Below are positions 11,230 to 23,100 of a stretch of 64,000 bases of DNA, piece after piece (the first letter of the stretch is position 1; every line of letters begins with the position of its first letter). Source of the DNA: Hormiphora californensis (lineage: Eukaryota; Animalia; Ctenophora). The DNA lies in assembly GCA_020137815.1 (NCBI GenBank), contig CM035352.1, positions 5,146,001-5,210,000 of the forward strand, read 5' to 3'. Position numbers and translations under genes: made by a program. Below the pieces are notes generated by a model that saw only the letters and a list, made by a program, of their open reading frames with translations, made no database searches and was not told the DNA's origin.

Positions 11230-13562
11230 ATGTCTGAAGATCTTTACTACGATCACTCTGATGCATCAAATGAAATAATACTCGATCTCCACACCCAGAA
11301 ATTTGATTCCTGGGCCAAACTTCCCGAGCCGGCCAGTCCTGAACATTGGTCTAAACAGGACCCATCCACACAGCTGTCCCATGGAAAGACTCAATCTTTA
11401 TTTTCGGGGGTCGATGTTTCAATGATGTCACGCCATCAAATGAACAGGATGGTCTGAATGATATGATCAGTTTTAACATCAAGGATAGGACATGGAGGAT
11501 GGTGGAACCTGCCACCCGACCCCCCTGAACCCCGGTACAATCCACTGCGCTATTGTATACCAGAACTCAATGATAATATTTGGTGGCTTTAGCAACAGAG
11601 CCAATAAGAACGATGTCCACCAGTTTCAGGTTTGATAGACAGCTGTGGACACCGTGGTGTCACATACCCCAGCCGCAACCCAACCCCAGGTCTGCTAGCT
11701 GTGCATTTGTATACAACCATCACATGTGGGTGTTTGGGGGGTATGATGGCCGGAACAAGCTAAATGATATGTGGATGTTGGCACTAAATGTTGAAAACCC
11801 TAACTGGAGGAAAGTGGAACAAAAGGGACAGGTTCCTGCTCCTGTGCTACACGCTGTCTGTGCGGTGGTCAACGACCGACTCTTCACTTTCTCTGGTCTC
11901 TCCGGTGCCTCTGTCTCCAACGATATCAGCTGTTTCAACCTCACGACGGAGACATGGTCGGTGATCATCCCCGATCTAATGAACAACTCCTACACAACAC
12001 CGGAAAGAAGACGTGGTCATACGATGGTGTCGTATGAGAAGTGTCTTTACATATTCGGTGGTCAGAGTTCCACGAGATGCTCAAATGATCTCTATTGTTT
12101 CGATACTGACTCCTCCACGTGGAGTATTGTGAAGCACAGGAACAAACTGGTGAACAAGAATGTGCCTAGTAACCGGTATTATCATGCCGCTATCATTATC
12201 GAGAATACTATGTTCATATCCGGAGGAATTCCGAGCGGCGGGACAACAAAAACCGACCAAAAGGAACCCGAAAACTTCTTCTGTTTTACCTTCGCCTCCC
12301 TCCCTAAATCAACACTAAGAAGGGACTTGGAAGAACTACTTGAGGAGAGGAGATTGTGTGATTTAGAGTTTGTAGTAGGGGAAACCCAGGAAACCTTGTC
12401 AGCCCACGCTGCCATTGTCTCGGCTAGGTCACCCATCCTGAAATCTCGGATAGAGGACGCTCTGAACAAGCTGATAGTGGAAGCGAGGTCTACAAGATAA
12501 ACCGGGTAGCTTGCTCCGTGCTCTCCGGCCAAACGAGAAGATGTCCCTACAATTTCCAAATATGGGCGTGGCTGCATTCCGGATAGCGCTACAGTTTATC
12601 TACACTGACAGGATACCACACAGCATCAGAGAGGATAACAACGGTCTAGGTGACCCTTACAGATGTGTATGGTATTGCCAGTCATTTCCAGTTGATCCCG
12701 CTTAGGAGAAGATATGTATCAACTACATTCAACACTACCTGGATATCTCTAATGTTCTCTCTGCGCTCACCGTTGCCAAGGAACGGAATCTGGAGCAGCT
12801 CGGTTGCTGTCCTGGAGGGTTTTATTGTTAGGGATGTCAACTTCCCCAAGATCCTACCCATGGGTGAGTTTGAAGCAACTTGACAAACAGAGTATATTGA
12901 GACTGGTTAGGCTGAAAATGGGAACCACGGAGAGCACTGTACCTGCGGTGGATGCAGTTGTTGGGAGTCAGGCAACTCTCGAGGAAGACCTCTACGAACT
13001 GCTATCTGATACCTCTCTCACTGACGTCACTCTGGTGGTCAGGGGAGTGAAACACGCGGCCCACAGGCCCATCCTGATGGCGAGGTGCGAGTTTTTCAAT
13101 GGTATGTACAGGTCACTACCACCACGGAATGATTCTGTTACGATCAGTATTGGGGACATAGAGCCGACACAAGAGGCGTTCGGGTCTCTCCTCCGGTACA
13201 TCTACTGCAATGATACTGACATCCCACCAGAGGATTCTCTATATCTCTTTACAGCGGACAAGTTCTACGGGTTCAGGAACAAGCAACTCCAGGCGTACTG
13301 CAAAAAGAGTCTAGAGACAAACATCAAAACTAGTAATGTGGTAGATATCCTAAAATCAGCTGATCAGGTCGGCTCAGATGACATGAAGGGTCATGCCTTG
13401 AGGATGATAGCAGAACATATCGTGGTGGTACAACCCACACCCTCCTTCCACTCCCTCTCCCGTGAATTGTTGTTGGAGGTGTTTGAGTCGATGGTAGGGC
13501 ATCTCAAATCTAGGCAGGCCGTCCTACCCCGGAGTCCTGCTAAACAATCCAGCAGACTTTAA
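11230..13562 (+). CDS. LZTR1: LZTR1-like Kelch-repeat + tandem BTB-BACK protein (intronless; several frameshifts as assembled)
   Basis: Kelch repeats (IFIFGG, MWVFGGYDG..LNDMW, LYIFGG), then BTB1 (CDLEFVVG..AHAAIVSARS) and BTB2 (AHRPILMARCEFF, AFGSLLRYIY, PPEDSLYLFTA..FYGF.NKQLQAYCK), which is the LZTR1 signature. Confidence 0.85.
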
Positions 13563-13926
13563 AGCTACACTGTTAAGCAATGGGTTTAGGGTTGTGAGTG
13601 TGGGGGAGCACCGTGTTCATTTTGCTGTGTTATATCAGACTGAAAGCTGCTGATACACTGCATGGCTCTACCACGTCCCAAGAAACGGTGATTTCGTTAA
13701 ATGTTTCGTTGTTTAGCAAGGGTCTTCCAAACGTGCTGTTCAAATTATATTTTGTTATCATGCTACATAATGTTCGTTTATTTTTGACAAAAATTAAAAT
13801 TATTGTTTTTCGATGTGCTTATTTTGTTTTATTTTTTCTGAAGTTCCGTGTTTTTATAAACAATACAAATGTTACAAACTAACTTCAATTGAGATATATC
13901 TCCACAGAGTTCATTGAACATGTAAT

Positions 13927-16022
13927 ATGCAGCGGCTATTTTGTCGTCGATTCTCTGCCTCTCATTATCGCGTTCTGGGTTTGGACAGTTCAGCAACAAA
14001 GGAAGAAATTAAGAAAAAGTTTATTGACCTCTCACAGGTTGGTTAGGTTCCTTTACAAGTTATCGTTACATGCAAAAACAAGTGTGGCTCTAGTGTTAAA
14101 TCGTCGTCCGACTGTATCTTCATATCATGAGATACATGGGTTCAGGACCCAGTTAATATCATGTCCACCTCTCTCTCTCAGATTCACCATCCAGACAAAG
14201 GGGGAGACCAGGAAACCTTTGCAGCTATTTCAACTGCCTACCGTGCACTGATCAGTGAACAGCAGCAGGAAAATTATAATAGGGATCACGTACAGAGAAA
14301 TAAGTACAGTAATCTGGATGATGACGATATGGGACACTTCGGTGAGTCTGAGTGTGTAGTAGCGTGTGTTGTACTAAGTACAGTGTGTAGTACACTGTGT
14401 AGTACAGTGTGCAGTACAGTGTGGATATACACTATAATAGTTTTGAAGAAAGTTGTGATTTGATTTTAGAATTTACTATTATTTACTTGGTTAATTAAGT
14501 TTACACAAGTTAATTATTTCAGCACCTGTTAGGCCAGATAAAACTAGACTTCAGTGGTACAAGATGAAAACAGAGGAGAGGAACCGCTCCCGCACACCAA
14601 AAGAGGTACTGCACTCCCCTTCAGTTTCCATTTTCGGCTGAATTTCGTGAAGTTTTCAAGTTGAATGAAGTGTGAAGTTCAATGTTGATTGTCGATTCAG
14701 CACGAGAGAGCTCAATCAATACAATTAAGAACCGAGAGCAGCAAACAAATTAAAACAAGCCGGTTCCAAACAATTGTTTCGATCCTACGGATCTCGTCAG
14801 TGGATCCGTAGGATCGAAACAATTGTTTGGAACCGGCTTGTTTTAATTTGTATGTATGTACCGCGTGGGCCAATAAAAAGGGAGGGTCTTAAATCTTAGA
14901 TTTCTCCAGCACCTTAATTCCAATGGTTCTGAAATTTTGACACAATGTTGTTGAGCTTATGCCAGATATGTGTACAGAGTTTCAAGTCCAAAAATGCAGA
15001 AATTCATTAATGAACCTAAATTCCTTTTTTTATAGTTAATTGAAGGGTTTCCCTTGTTCCAAGTCGATTTGGATCGCAAAATTGCAGCCACTCAATAGTA
15101 TTAACATTTATCAATGGCAATCTGAAATTTCATTGAAAATGAATAAAGTTTAGTGGGTGAAATTAATGAATTAAAAATGGTCATTTTTTCAAAAAACATA
15201 TTTTCGCTGAAAATGAGAGATTTGCACTGTAGAGATGAAATTAAAACCTAGCTGGGTTATGCTTTAATCATTTAAGTTCATTCTGGTATGAAAAATTGTT
15301 TAATTTAAAAAAAATTATTTTTCTTAAATTTCCGATTTTTTTAAAAAATTTTAATTTTTCGTTAATAACTGCATAAATTAACATTAAACCGATAGTTCAT
15401 TAACAAACCGTTAGTTGAGACATTAGTAAATCGAAAACTTGCTAATGGAAGCTTACCATTGCTTATACTGATTGGTAACAACAAGCGTCATGTGACCTCC
15501 ATGTAAGCAAGAAAAAACGTAATCAGGATATGACAAAATCATGTTAGCAAGATTGCAATAGGTCTCGAATTTGCTTTGTTGTACCCAGTATCACATATCC
15601 GGTGTGGAGTGCAAAAGAAGTCCCTAAAAACGAAAAAAAATCGAATAGAGAAAACCTACATTGGCCTAAAAACATGAATTTAGGTTCATTAATGAATTTT
15701 TTCATTTTTGGACTTGAAAGTCAGTACACATATCTGGCATAAGCTCAACAACATTGTGTCAAAATTTCAGAACCATTGGAATTAAGGTGCCGGAGAAATC
15801 TAAGATTTAAGACCCTCCCTTTTTATTGGCCCACGCGGTATTAAGTTCTAAAACTAGTAAATTAATCATAATTATTCCCAGGATATCGGACCGCCTCTGT
15901 GGTGGAGGGTCACTACTATTGGAACTTCTTCAGGATTACTTGTATCCTACTGTTTTACCCACAACAATTTGTTTCTCTGTTTAGCTATGGGGACGTGTTT
16001 AGTTTCTATGATGCTGAGTTAG
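13927..16022 (+). CDS. J-domain protein 1 (presequence-like N-terminus, C-terminal hydrophobic segment; DNAJC4/DNAJC30-type architecture)
   Basis: Exons 13927-14037, 14182-14341, 14523-14605, 15882-16022 splice in frame: MQRLFCRRFSASHYRVLGL...IHHPDKGGD...LWWRVTTIG...CLVSMMLS*. Confidence 0.8.
14765..14804 (-). ncRNA. Minimal type I hammerhead ribozyme (Penelope/retrozyme type)
   Basis: Minus strand: TCCA-CTGACGA-GATCC(GTA)GGATC-GAAA-C(AATT)G-TT^-TGGA. All core nucleotides are present, with a 5-bp stem II, palindromic minimal stem III and 4-bp stem I. Confidence 0.75.
14861..15838. mobile_element. Tc1/mariner-type MITE, long TIRs, TA TSD
   Basis: TA|CCGCGTGGGCCAATAAAAAGGGAGGGTC ... GACCCTCCCTTTTTATTGGCCCACGCGG|TA, TIRs over 150 bp; related to 53027-53975. 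Confidence 0.9.
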
Positions 16023-16198
16023 TTAATTGTATTGTTTTGTAATTTATTTGATTGAGTTGATACATAGAACTACGTACGTTTCCCTCTCCCTCCGTCTCTA
16101 GCAACAACATATTTTGGTACATTTTGCCTGATGGTCCTAACCCTCCACTAACTTTCTCCCCATATCCCAGTCCTATGTCTAGCTAATGGGCACTACAC

Positions 16199-17376
16199 AT
16201 GTCAGTGTGCCTCCGATTCCCAGTGAAACATCACGTGACTAGACATGTGACTAATAGTACCAGAGGGAACCACTATGAAGCCTTGGGTCTTGATCCTGGT
16301 GCAACACAATCCCAGATCAAAACGCGGTTCTATGAACTTAGCAAGGTACAGTGATTAAGAATGCCTTTTTATGTTTATAAACCACCCCCCCTGCTGATAT
16401 TTCCCGCAGTCTACTGTGGTATATCAAATAATTCCCTCCCTCTGTTTTCACACCTTTCATAATTCCCGGGGTCGTTTTATAATAAATAACCACGGCTAGT
16501 AAAGTGATGAAATGTGATAATCCCCTACGGGGATTATCACACGATATTCCCCTCGTCACTCCGTTCCTCGTGGATATCGTATTGATATACCACCCTGACA
16601 GGGTGGTATATCAGATTTCATCCCTCTACTAGCCGGGGTTATCTATATTATAATGACTCTTGGCTAAAAACTGGCACATTTCAATCCCATCTGTGTCCAA
16701 TGTCCATGTAATGGCCCATGCTAAAAACTGTTTCCCCGGTAGAAATTTCACCCCGACAAAAACAAGTCCGATGGTGCAGAGGAGAAATTTAAGACAGTCG
16801 CCGAAGCTTATGCTGTGCTGGGGAATGTGGATGAGAGGAGAATGTATGACAAACTTTCAAGGTAAGTGAAATAGGAAAGGTTTTTTATTTGAAAAATTCT
16901 CTATCCGTTTAAATTCTATCCAATCTCCCTTCCCCATGATATGATCCCGCTCTGAACAGAACCCAGACTAATCCCCCCTTTCTTCAGGACACCAGGATCC
17001 CACAATATAGCCCGGAACAGAACTCGGATAACAGTGAATGAGGACTACAGCCAACATTTGAGGGATCGCTTTCACCATACCCAGAGAACAACAAACCAGT
17101 ACCGCAGAAAACACTCCACTGCCACTGTACGTGCGAGAGAAAAAGGAGAGAAAAAGAGAGAGAAAGAGAGAGAGAGAGAGAACGACACATTTTTATCTTA
17201 ATTTTTATCTTAAAATGTAACTTTTGGCATATTTTGTTCCATATTTTCAGAGTCGGTTTGGTAGAAGCTCCTTTGGTGTTGGAAATCAACGAATTCAGAA
17301 TCAAAGAGCTGAAATGAGTCCTATGATTCCAGCTGCTTTTGCTTCGCTCGTCATATTTCTTCTCTTCTGCAGATGA
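16199..17376 (+). CDS. J-domain protein 2 (presequence-like N-terminus, C-terminal TM)
   Basis: Exons 16199-16345, 16743-16861, 16988-17126, 17251-17376 in frame: NHYEALGL...[16 protein letters not shown]...[18 protein letters not shown]...[17 protein letters not shown]. Confidence 0.8.
16477..16653. mobile_element. Small multi-hairpin (cruciform) non-autonomous element in J-protein 2 intron 1
   Basis: Imperfect terminal IR TTATAA..ATAACC.CGGCTAGT / ACTAGCCGGGGTTAT..TTATAA enclosing three internal hairpins. Confidence 0.6.
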
Positions 17377-17871
17377 CAACTGCCACACCCCTTCTCAACC
17401 AAAACAGTCAAATTCTCCAAGTTAAAGTCCCCTGCACGTTGACGTGGGGCGCGGGGTCGATTTTCATAACGGCCTCGCGCGCGCAAACACAATCCATGTC
17501 ACGTGACCTAGCACCTTTAACATGAATGTGAAACTCCTCGACTCTGTTGGGATATTCTGTATCTGAAATCTGAATTCAATTTCAGTCAGATGCATCTTCA
17601 GTGGCTGTTTCTGTTCGAGTCTAAATTTAAAGTACAATGTAAGGACGCAGTTGCACATCATTTCAAGTTGCAGGTGCCCTGGAAGATTTCTGCCCAGATT
17701 TCTATATCTTAGTATTTTATCGAGTACGTTATTATTAAGTCTATCACAGTGACCCGTGGTAGACTCAACTGGAAATTAAATTGTGGGATTTTTTTTGTAA
17801 ATATCGGTCGAATTTTTGGTTATATTCTTTCTCACATTACCAATTTCATCTCTCACCCACTATATTTAGCT

Positions 17872-18813
17872 ATGTTATGCAGACGTGTGTACCCTTTCCC
17901 ACTACGGATACCCTTCAGGAGTATCTTCGATGGAGGTTAGTGCAGTTGTCAGCCGTGTATTACTAGTTCCATATTATCATTCGTATGACAAGCAGTATTA
18001 CCAGTATTACAAGTCTCGACTGACCAGTTACTAACATCTCCTTGCTGTCTACATATCTTTGTCACTCCTAGTCTCTCGATCTGCACACTAACTAACTAAC
18101 ATAAATTATCTCCTCTTCCCAGGTCGAGCCAAGGACCCATTTCGTGTTTTGGGTGTTTCACGTGATTCAACTGACGACCAAGTGAAAGCGGCCTACCTCC
18201 AAAAGTGTAAGGAACTTCACCCCGATATGAATAAAAGTAAAGATGCGCCGGGACAGTTCATGGAGGCGAGGGATGCGTATAAACAAATTAGGACCAAGGA
18301 GGACAGAGAAAAGTTCAAGTTCGCTGAGAAAACGTAGGTTGTCAAATTCATTTTCAATTTTAAACCCATCCTTTGTTGCATATCCCCAGAAACTATACAC
18401 TAACTGACTGAGCTTAACATTGTTAACTAATCATGTCCTATAACAGGTTCAAAGGAACTAGACTTGACGATAAAGAACCAATGATGGACGACAGAATGAA
18501 GAAATGGGGAGGTAAGATGGATGAAATGAACACACGGAGGATGGAAGATCAGGCTCGAAGGGCAGCCTGGACTCAACAACACCAGTTTGGTAATAAAGCG
18601 GATACTGAACAATTTGAAGAGTGGGAAAAGAAACATTTTGAGAACTTAAAACGAAATCGTGGTGCTCATTACAACAATTCCTTTGCTGGACAAGCTGATC
18701 AGTTACCTCCTGAGCAGAGGAGAGTAGTTATGAGACAGTTAAAATGGGCTTTTGCTCTTATCATGGCGTGGTTTTTATATGAAGTTGGGGTAAATGCTGT
18801 GAAAAAGTTTTGA
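17872..18813 (+). CDS. J-domain protein 3 (presequence-like N-terminus, C-terminal TM)
   Basis: Exons 17872-17935, 18123-18333, 18447-18813 in frame: MLCRRVYPF...DPFRVLGV...KELHPDMN...WAFALIMAWFLYEVG. Confidence 0.8.
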
Positions 18814-19209
18814 AAATGTAAGTTTGTGTTCATATTACATTTTCATTTTGTGAGTTTACCAAGAAGTGAAGTTTGAACTGCATGAAACTTCTGGACCAAG
18901 GTTTATTACCCAGATTCTGGCTAGGCTGCAGCCAGGGTATCTGAGGACTGACTACTGAGGTAGAGGTCAGCAGTGCTGGGGGCTGGGAAGTTCCCAAATA
19001 GTAGAGTCGATAACTACATCGACCTCTCCCAATTGTTCCAGTTTTTGTCTCATCAGTTTGGAGCCTCGACACGACCTCTAATTAACAGGTGTCACTTTTT
19101 CACAAACTGTTTTCATCTTGGTGTAATCAGCAGTTGAAATGTTGCTGATCATAACAAAAACCTGACTAAATTTTTTCAACTTGGGGTAAAACCATGGGTG
19201 TCAAAAGTT

Positions 19210-19670
19210 AGCTCTAGGTCCCCTGAGTAACCATCCGGAGACTCTAAGAGATATTTGAAGCCGTTCTCCTGTTATCATTAATCCCGGTAGAGCACATATT
19301 TGAGTATGGACGTACGTGCAATTGCCTACAACCTCAACTTTAATGTATAACGTTAATGTGCGTCTCTCTCTTTTCTCCCCCTTGAGAAAGAGTTATCTCG
19401 CGCGGCGCAACCGCACGTGCGGTTTTTCCAGAGAGAGTGAGAGACATACAATAACATGTAAACAGCCTGCCAGCGCTCACGTACGTCCGCATTGTATTTT
19501 TTTCTCCACCGGGATTAATGATTACGGGAGAACGGCTTGAAATATCTCTTAGAGTCTCCGGATGGTTACTCAGGGGACCTAGAGCTTGGTATCCAAGACA
19601 CCTCACACTCAGGCCGCTTCGCGGCCTTCGTTTGGCGCGCCGGCAAGGGAGGGGTAACTTCGTTACCAAT
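19210..19670. mobile_element. Non-autonomous element: about 80-bp inverted repeats plus a hairpin-ended tail (Helentron/Helitron-like)
   Basis: IR at about 19210-19292 and 19504-19586. The tail TTGGTATC.AAGACACCTCACACTCAGGCCGCTTCG...GGTAAC.T.GTTACCAAT recurs at about 43002-43080. Confidence 0.6.
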
Positions 19671-20138
19671 GTAGTTATCGACTCTACTAAAATGGCAAAT
19701 CACTCGGGACTCATCAGGTGGTGATGTAAGCCTTGGGGAGTGCTGTGCCGCGCGCTCAGCCCCCTGCTTTCATCCCCGCGCCCTCCTGACACGACACCCG
19801 TACACACTACCTCTGGTTATAATACACTCATCACGATGAGTGACTTACCACATTGAATAACAAATGTAGACACTTCACGTGTTGTTATAAGGAAGTTATA
19901 CATAGGTTGTAAACACACAATTGTATATCGAGTTTCAAAGATTTAGTCCCAAAAACTGGAAAGAAGTACATAACAGCACCACGTTCATATTACAAGATAA
20001 TTCCAGAATCCAGATTATACATGCACAGCTTTCTCACATTTATCAGGTTACTACACATTCTACTACAGTCACGTTATTGTTTGTTTGTCTCTGAAAAAAG
20101 GCACGTGACCCGTCACGCGATGACGTCATTTATAATCC

Positions 20139-23100
20139 TCAATCGGAGCTTTGTAACATTTCTTCAAGCTCCGCCTCAAAGTTATCTGAATCGAGTTTCC
20201 CATCTGCCCCCTCTACCATCTCGAAATCCTGAAACCACAATGTTAGCGTAATATAAAAATTCGAGGGATGAAAGACGCATGACCATAGAAGAATGTTGCC
20301 TTTCTTGACCCTGTTTGAAAAAAAAAGAAGAATACACATGTCACCATTGATTTATAGAAAACTGAAATACCTGTAACTCCTTCTCAAGTTCTGCCTCCCA
20401 CTCCTCTGCCTCGTGTTTACCACTACTACCCCCTCCTCCTCCTCCTAGTCCCATCTGTTTGAGCTCTTCCTCGTTCAAAACTGCATCTGAAGGGATTAAA
20501 GTCGAATTTTTTATTTAAGCGACAGGCCGCCGCGCATTCAAAGAAGTCGCGGGGCGTTGTACTTGCGTGTGACAATTCGAGAAACCTTTTCGCTCATATC
20601 TCCAGTTCCTGATAAGATAAAGAATAGATCTTGGTTGCGTTGGAAAGGTCTTGAAATTATCTTTCCAACGTTTCCGGGTTCAAGTCTTAAGATTGCCAGG
20701 AACTCGATCTCGATTATCACACGCAAATACAACGCCGCGCGACCTCTTTGAATGCGCGGCGGCCTGTCGCTTAAATAAAAAATTCGACTATAGTCAATTA
20801 TATGACAAGTACAATCTCTTTCTAATCTCTATCTCTCTATTTTTCTTTCGTTCTCTATTTCTCACATTCTCTCTCACCTTCTTCTGCGTCTTCATAGTTA
20901 TGATCGCTAATAAATTCCTCCTCCTGCGGTGACATCGATAGCTGAAAATAGAAAATAGAAATTAATCAATTAATTAATTAAATCGTATTGAAAATTAATT
21001 AACATGAGAGAGCAGTCAGTACAGCTGTGTTGTTGGCGAAACACAACACACACAAACAAACACAATGACTTTGACACAAACACACACAAACACACAAACA
21101 AACACAATCCTACCTCAGGCTCTAAGCTGGGATGTTTCATGCGTTGTTCGTCCGTACCCCCAGATCCACTAGTCGCGGGGTTCTCTGCTGCCTCTGTGTG
21201 TGGGGATAATGAATATATTATTCAAATGAGAGGGATTATGTGCACCTCGAGTTTCTCTAATTTCTGGAGAACTAGCATTTATCATAATATGTGCCCCTTT
21301 CTGCGGCGCTCCGTGCTTGTGTGTTTTAGGCGGTTAGACAAAACCGCTCCAATGATAATTCAGATTTAGGAGTCATCCGCACACTACACACTAAACACAC
21401 AGACAAAATCAGCTAAACACACGTCAGATAAAAACACTAAACACCCACTAAACACACAAACGCAGACCATTTAACTTACTATCAAGGGTAGCAAGCTGGG
21501 CACTCTGTTTGATCAAGCTGACTCTGTAAAAGTAGTTCCTCCAAAAGGACTCTTCTTTTATTCTAAGAAAATGAAGGGGTTATAAATATGGGGGAATATA
21601 ATTTGGAGATGAACGTCGAAGTGGTGGTCGTTCGTTCAGTGCGTTTCTACGCGACAGTGCTCCTTCATAAAACACTTTATAGGCCCAATACAAAGCTGTA
21701 AAGCTGTTGCTCACAATTTTGGAACTTCAGTGGAAGTTTTTAATATTTTCGAGTAACTTTTAACATACCAGTCTCCATAGTTACCAACTCAGTTGTCATG
21801 GCAACCGGTGTGTTGAAGTTGAAAGGGACGAAAAGAACCGCCCGGCGAAGCCGGGTGGGTTATCAAAAAGCCCTTACTTGAGGCGCACCCAATGGGTGCG
21901 CTAGTGGGGAAATATGATGGACATCAAATTCTGGTTAACAAGCACAAATCACTTTCTAGTCTATATTATAATTCTCTATGTACGTATACGTGGCTTTGTC
22001 CGTCTTTTTGTCCGTCTTTTTATGTCTCTCTCTGACTGACTCTCTGTTTTACTTCGTTCACAGTAGACATAACAAAATCATACATTGTTTAGGCCATTGG
22101 CCATGCATTGGCCATACAATAAGGTTTTAAAGTTTTCAGGCCTAGTCTTCTCACTTGTATATCTCTAGATCAGGCGACTTGAACCCTCTCTAAACATAAA
22201 ACCATCCTGCCCAATCTCAGATAATACTCACACTTTAGGGACTAGTCTAAAACGCATATCATTGAGTCTTGTGTCGTGGTCCAACATAGCTAGCGCTACC
22301 GGCATGTGAGTGTCCATATCAAACAGGAATTCAACACCAGCAGGGGGATCTCGCATCACGTTCCGTTCGTCCTAAATATGAAGGGAAGGATTATAATAAA
22401 AAATATTATTCAAAAAATAGTTGAGTCTACCCACGGGCAAGTTTAGAGTTCTGAGGACTATAACTACCACGAAGACAATTAATAATTCTAGAGTCGGGTT
22501 ACCTTGTTCGACCCTCTCTACCTTACAAATGTAATGGAGGGTTAAAACATGACAAGAGTCGGGGGCTTGGGTGGAGACTGAAGAGGGCTGGGGGTGTGAT
22601 TCCTATATCTTACCGCAGAGAGTGTGAGGATCTGTTTCTTGATTTTCTCTTCCTCGTTATACCCTACCCAGGGAGGAACTGCTGCTCCTCTTCTTCTCTC
22701 CTGCATCAGTGCAAACTTCTTCTGTTCTTCCTCGAACTCAGATAGCATCTGAAAATAATAGTTTGTAGGCATTATATACTACATAATATATATATACATA
22801 TATGTTCATGGTTTACAAACATACACACATAAGTCGCAGCCAGTGTGTCATGTAAATGAAGTATTTCATCGTTTAATCAACGTGCCCTACTCACGGGGAT
22901 GGCGGGGCCTTCCTTCTGAATGCTCTCTACTGACGTCTTTACACTTGAATACATGTTGTTAAAGTATGAACCAAGATTGCTCCTTGCACTTTCCATTGAC
23001 TCCTTGTTAACCTTTTCACCTGAAGAGAGACACGTGTTAGCAGTGGTTAGGAGTAAGCTGTTTATACTTTAGGTTGAGGTGCTCACAGAGTGGCTATCAG

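Noticed and set aside
5165-13562. Pseudogene status for the MFS pair and LZTR1
   Set aside because: The defects are scattered single-base indels with otherwise conserved sequence and splice sites, and the same noise affects SYAP1 and the GPCRs. Assembly error is more likely, though not proven.
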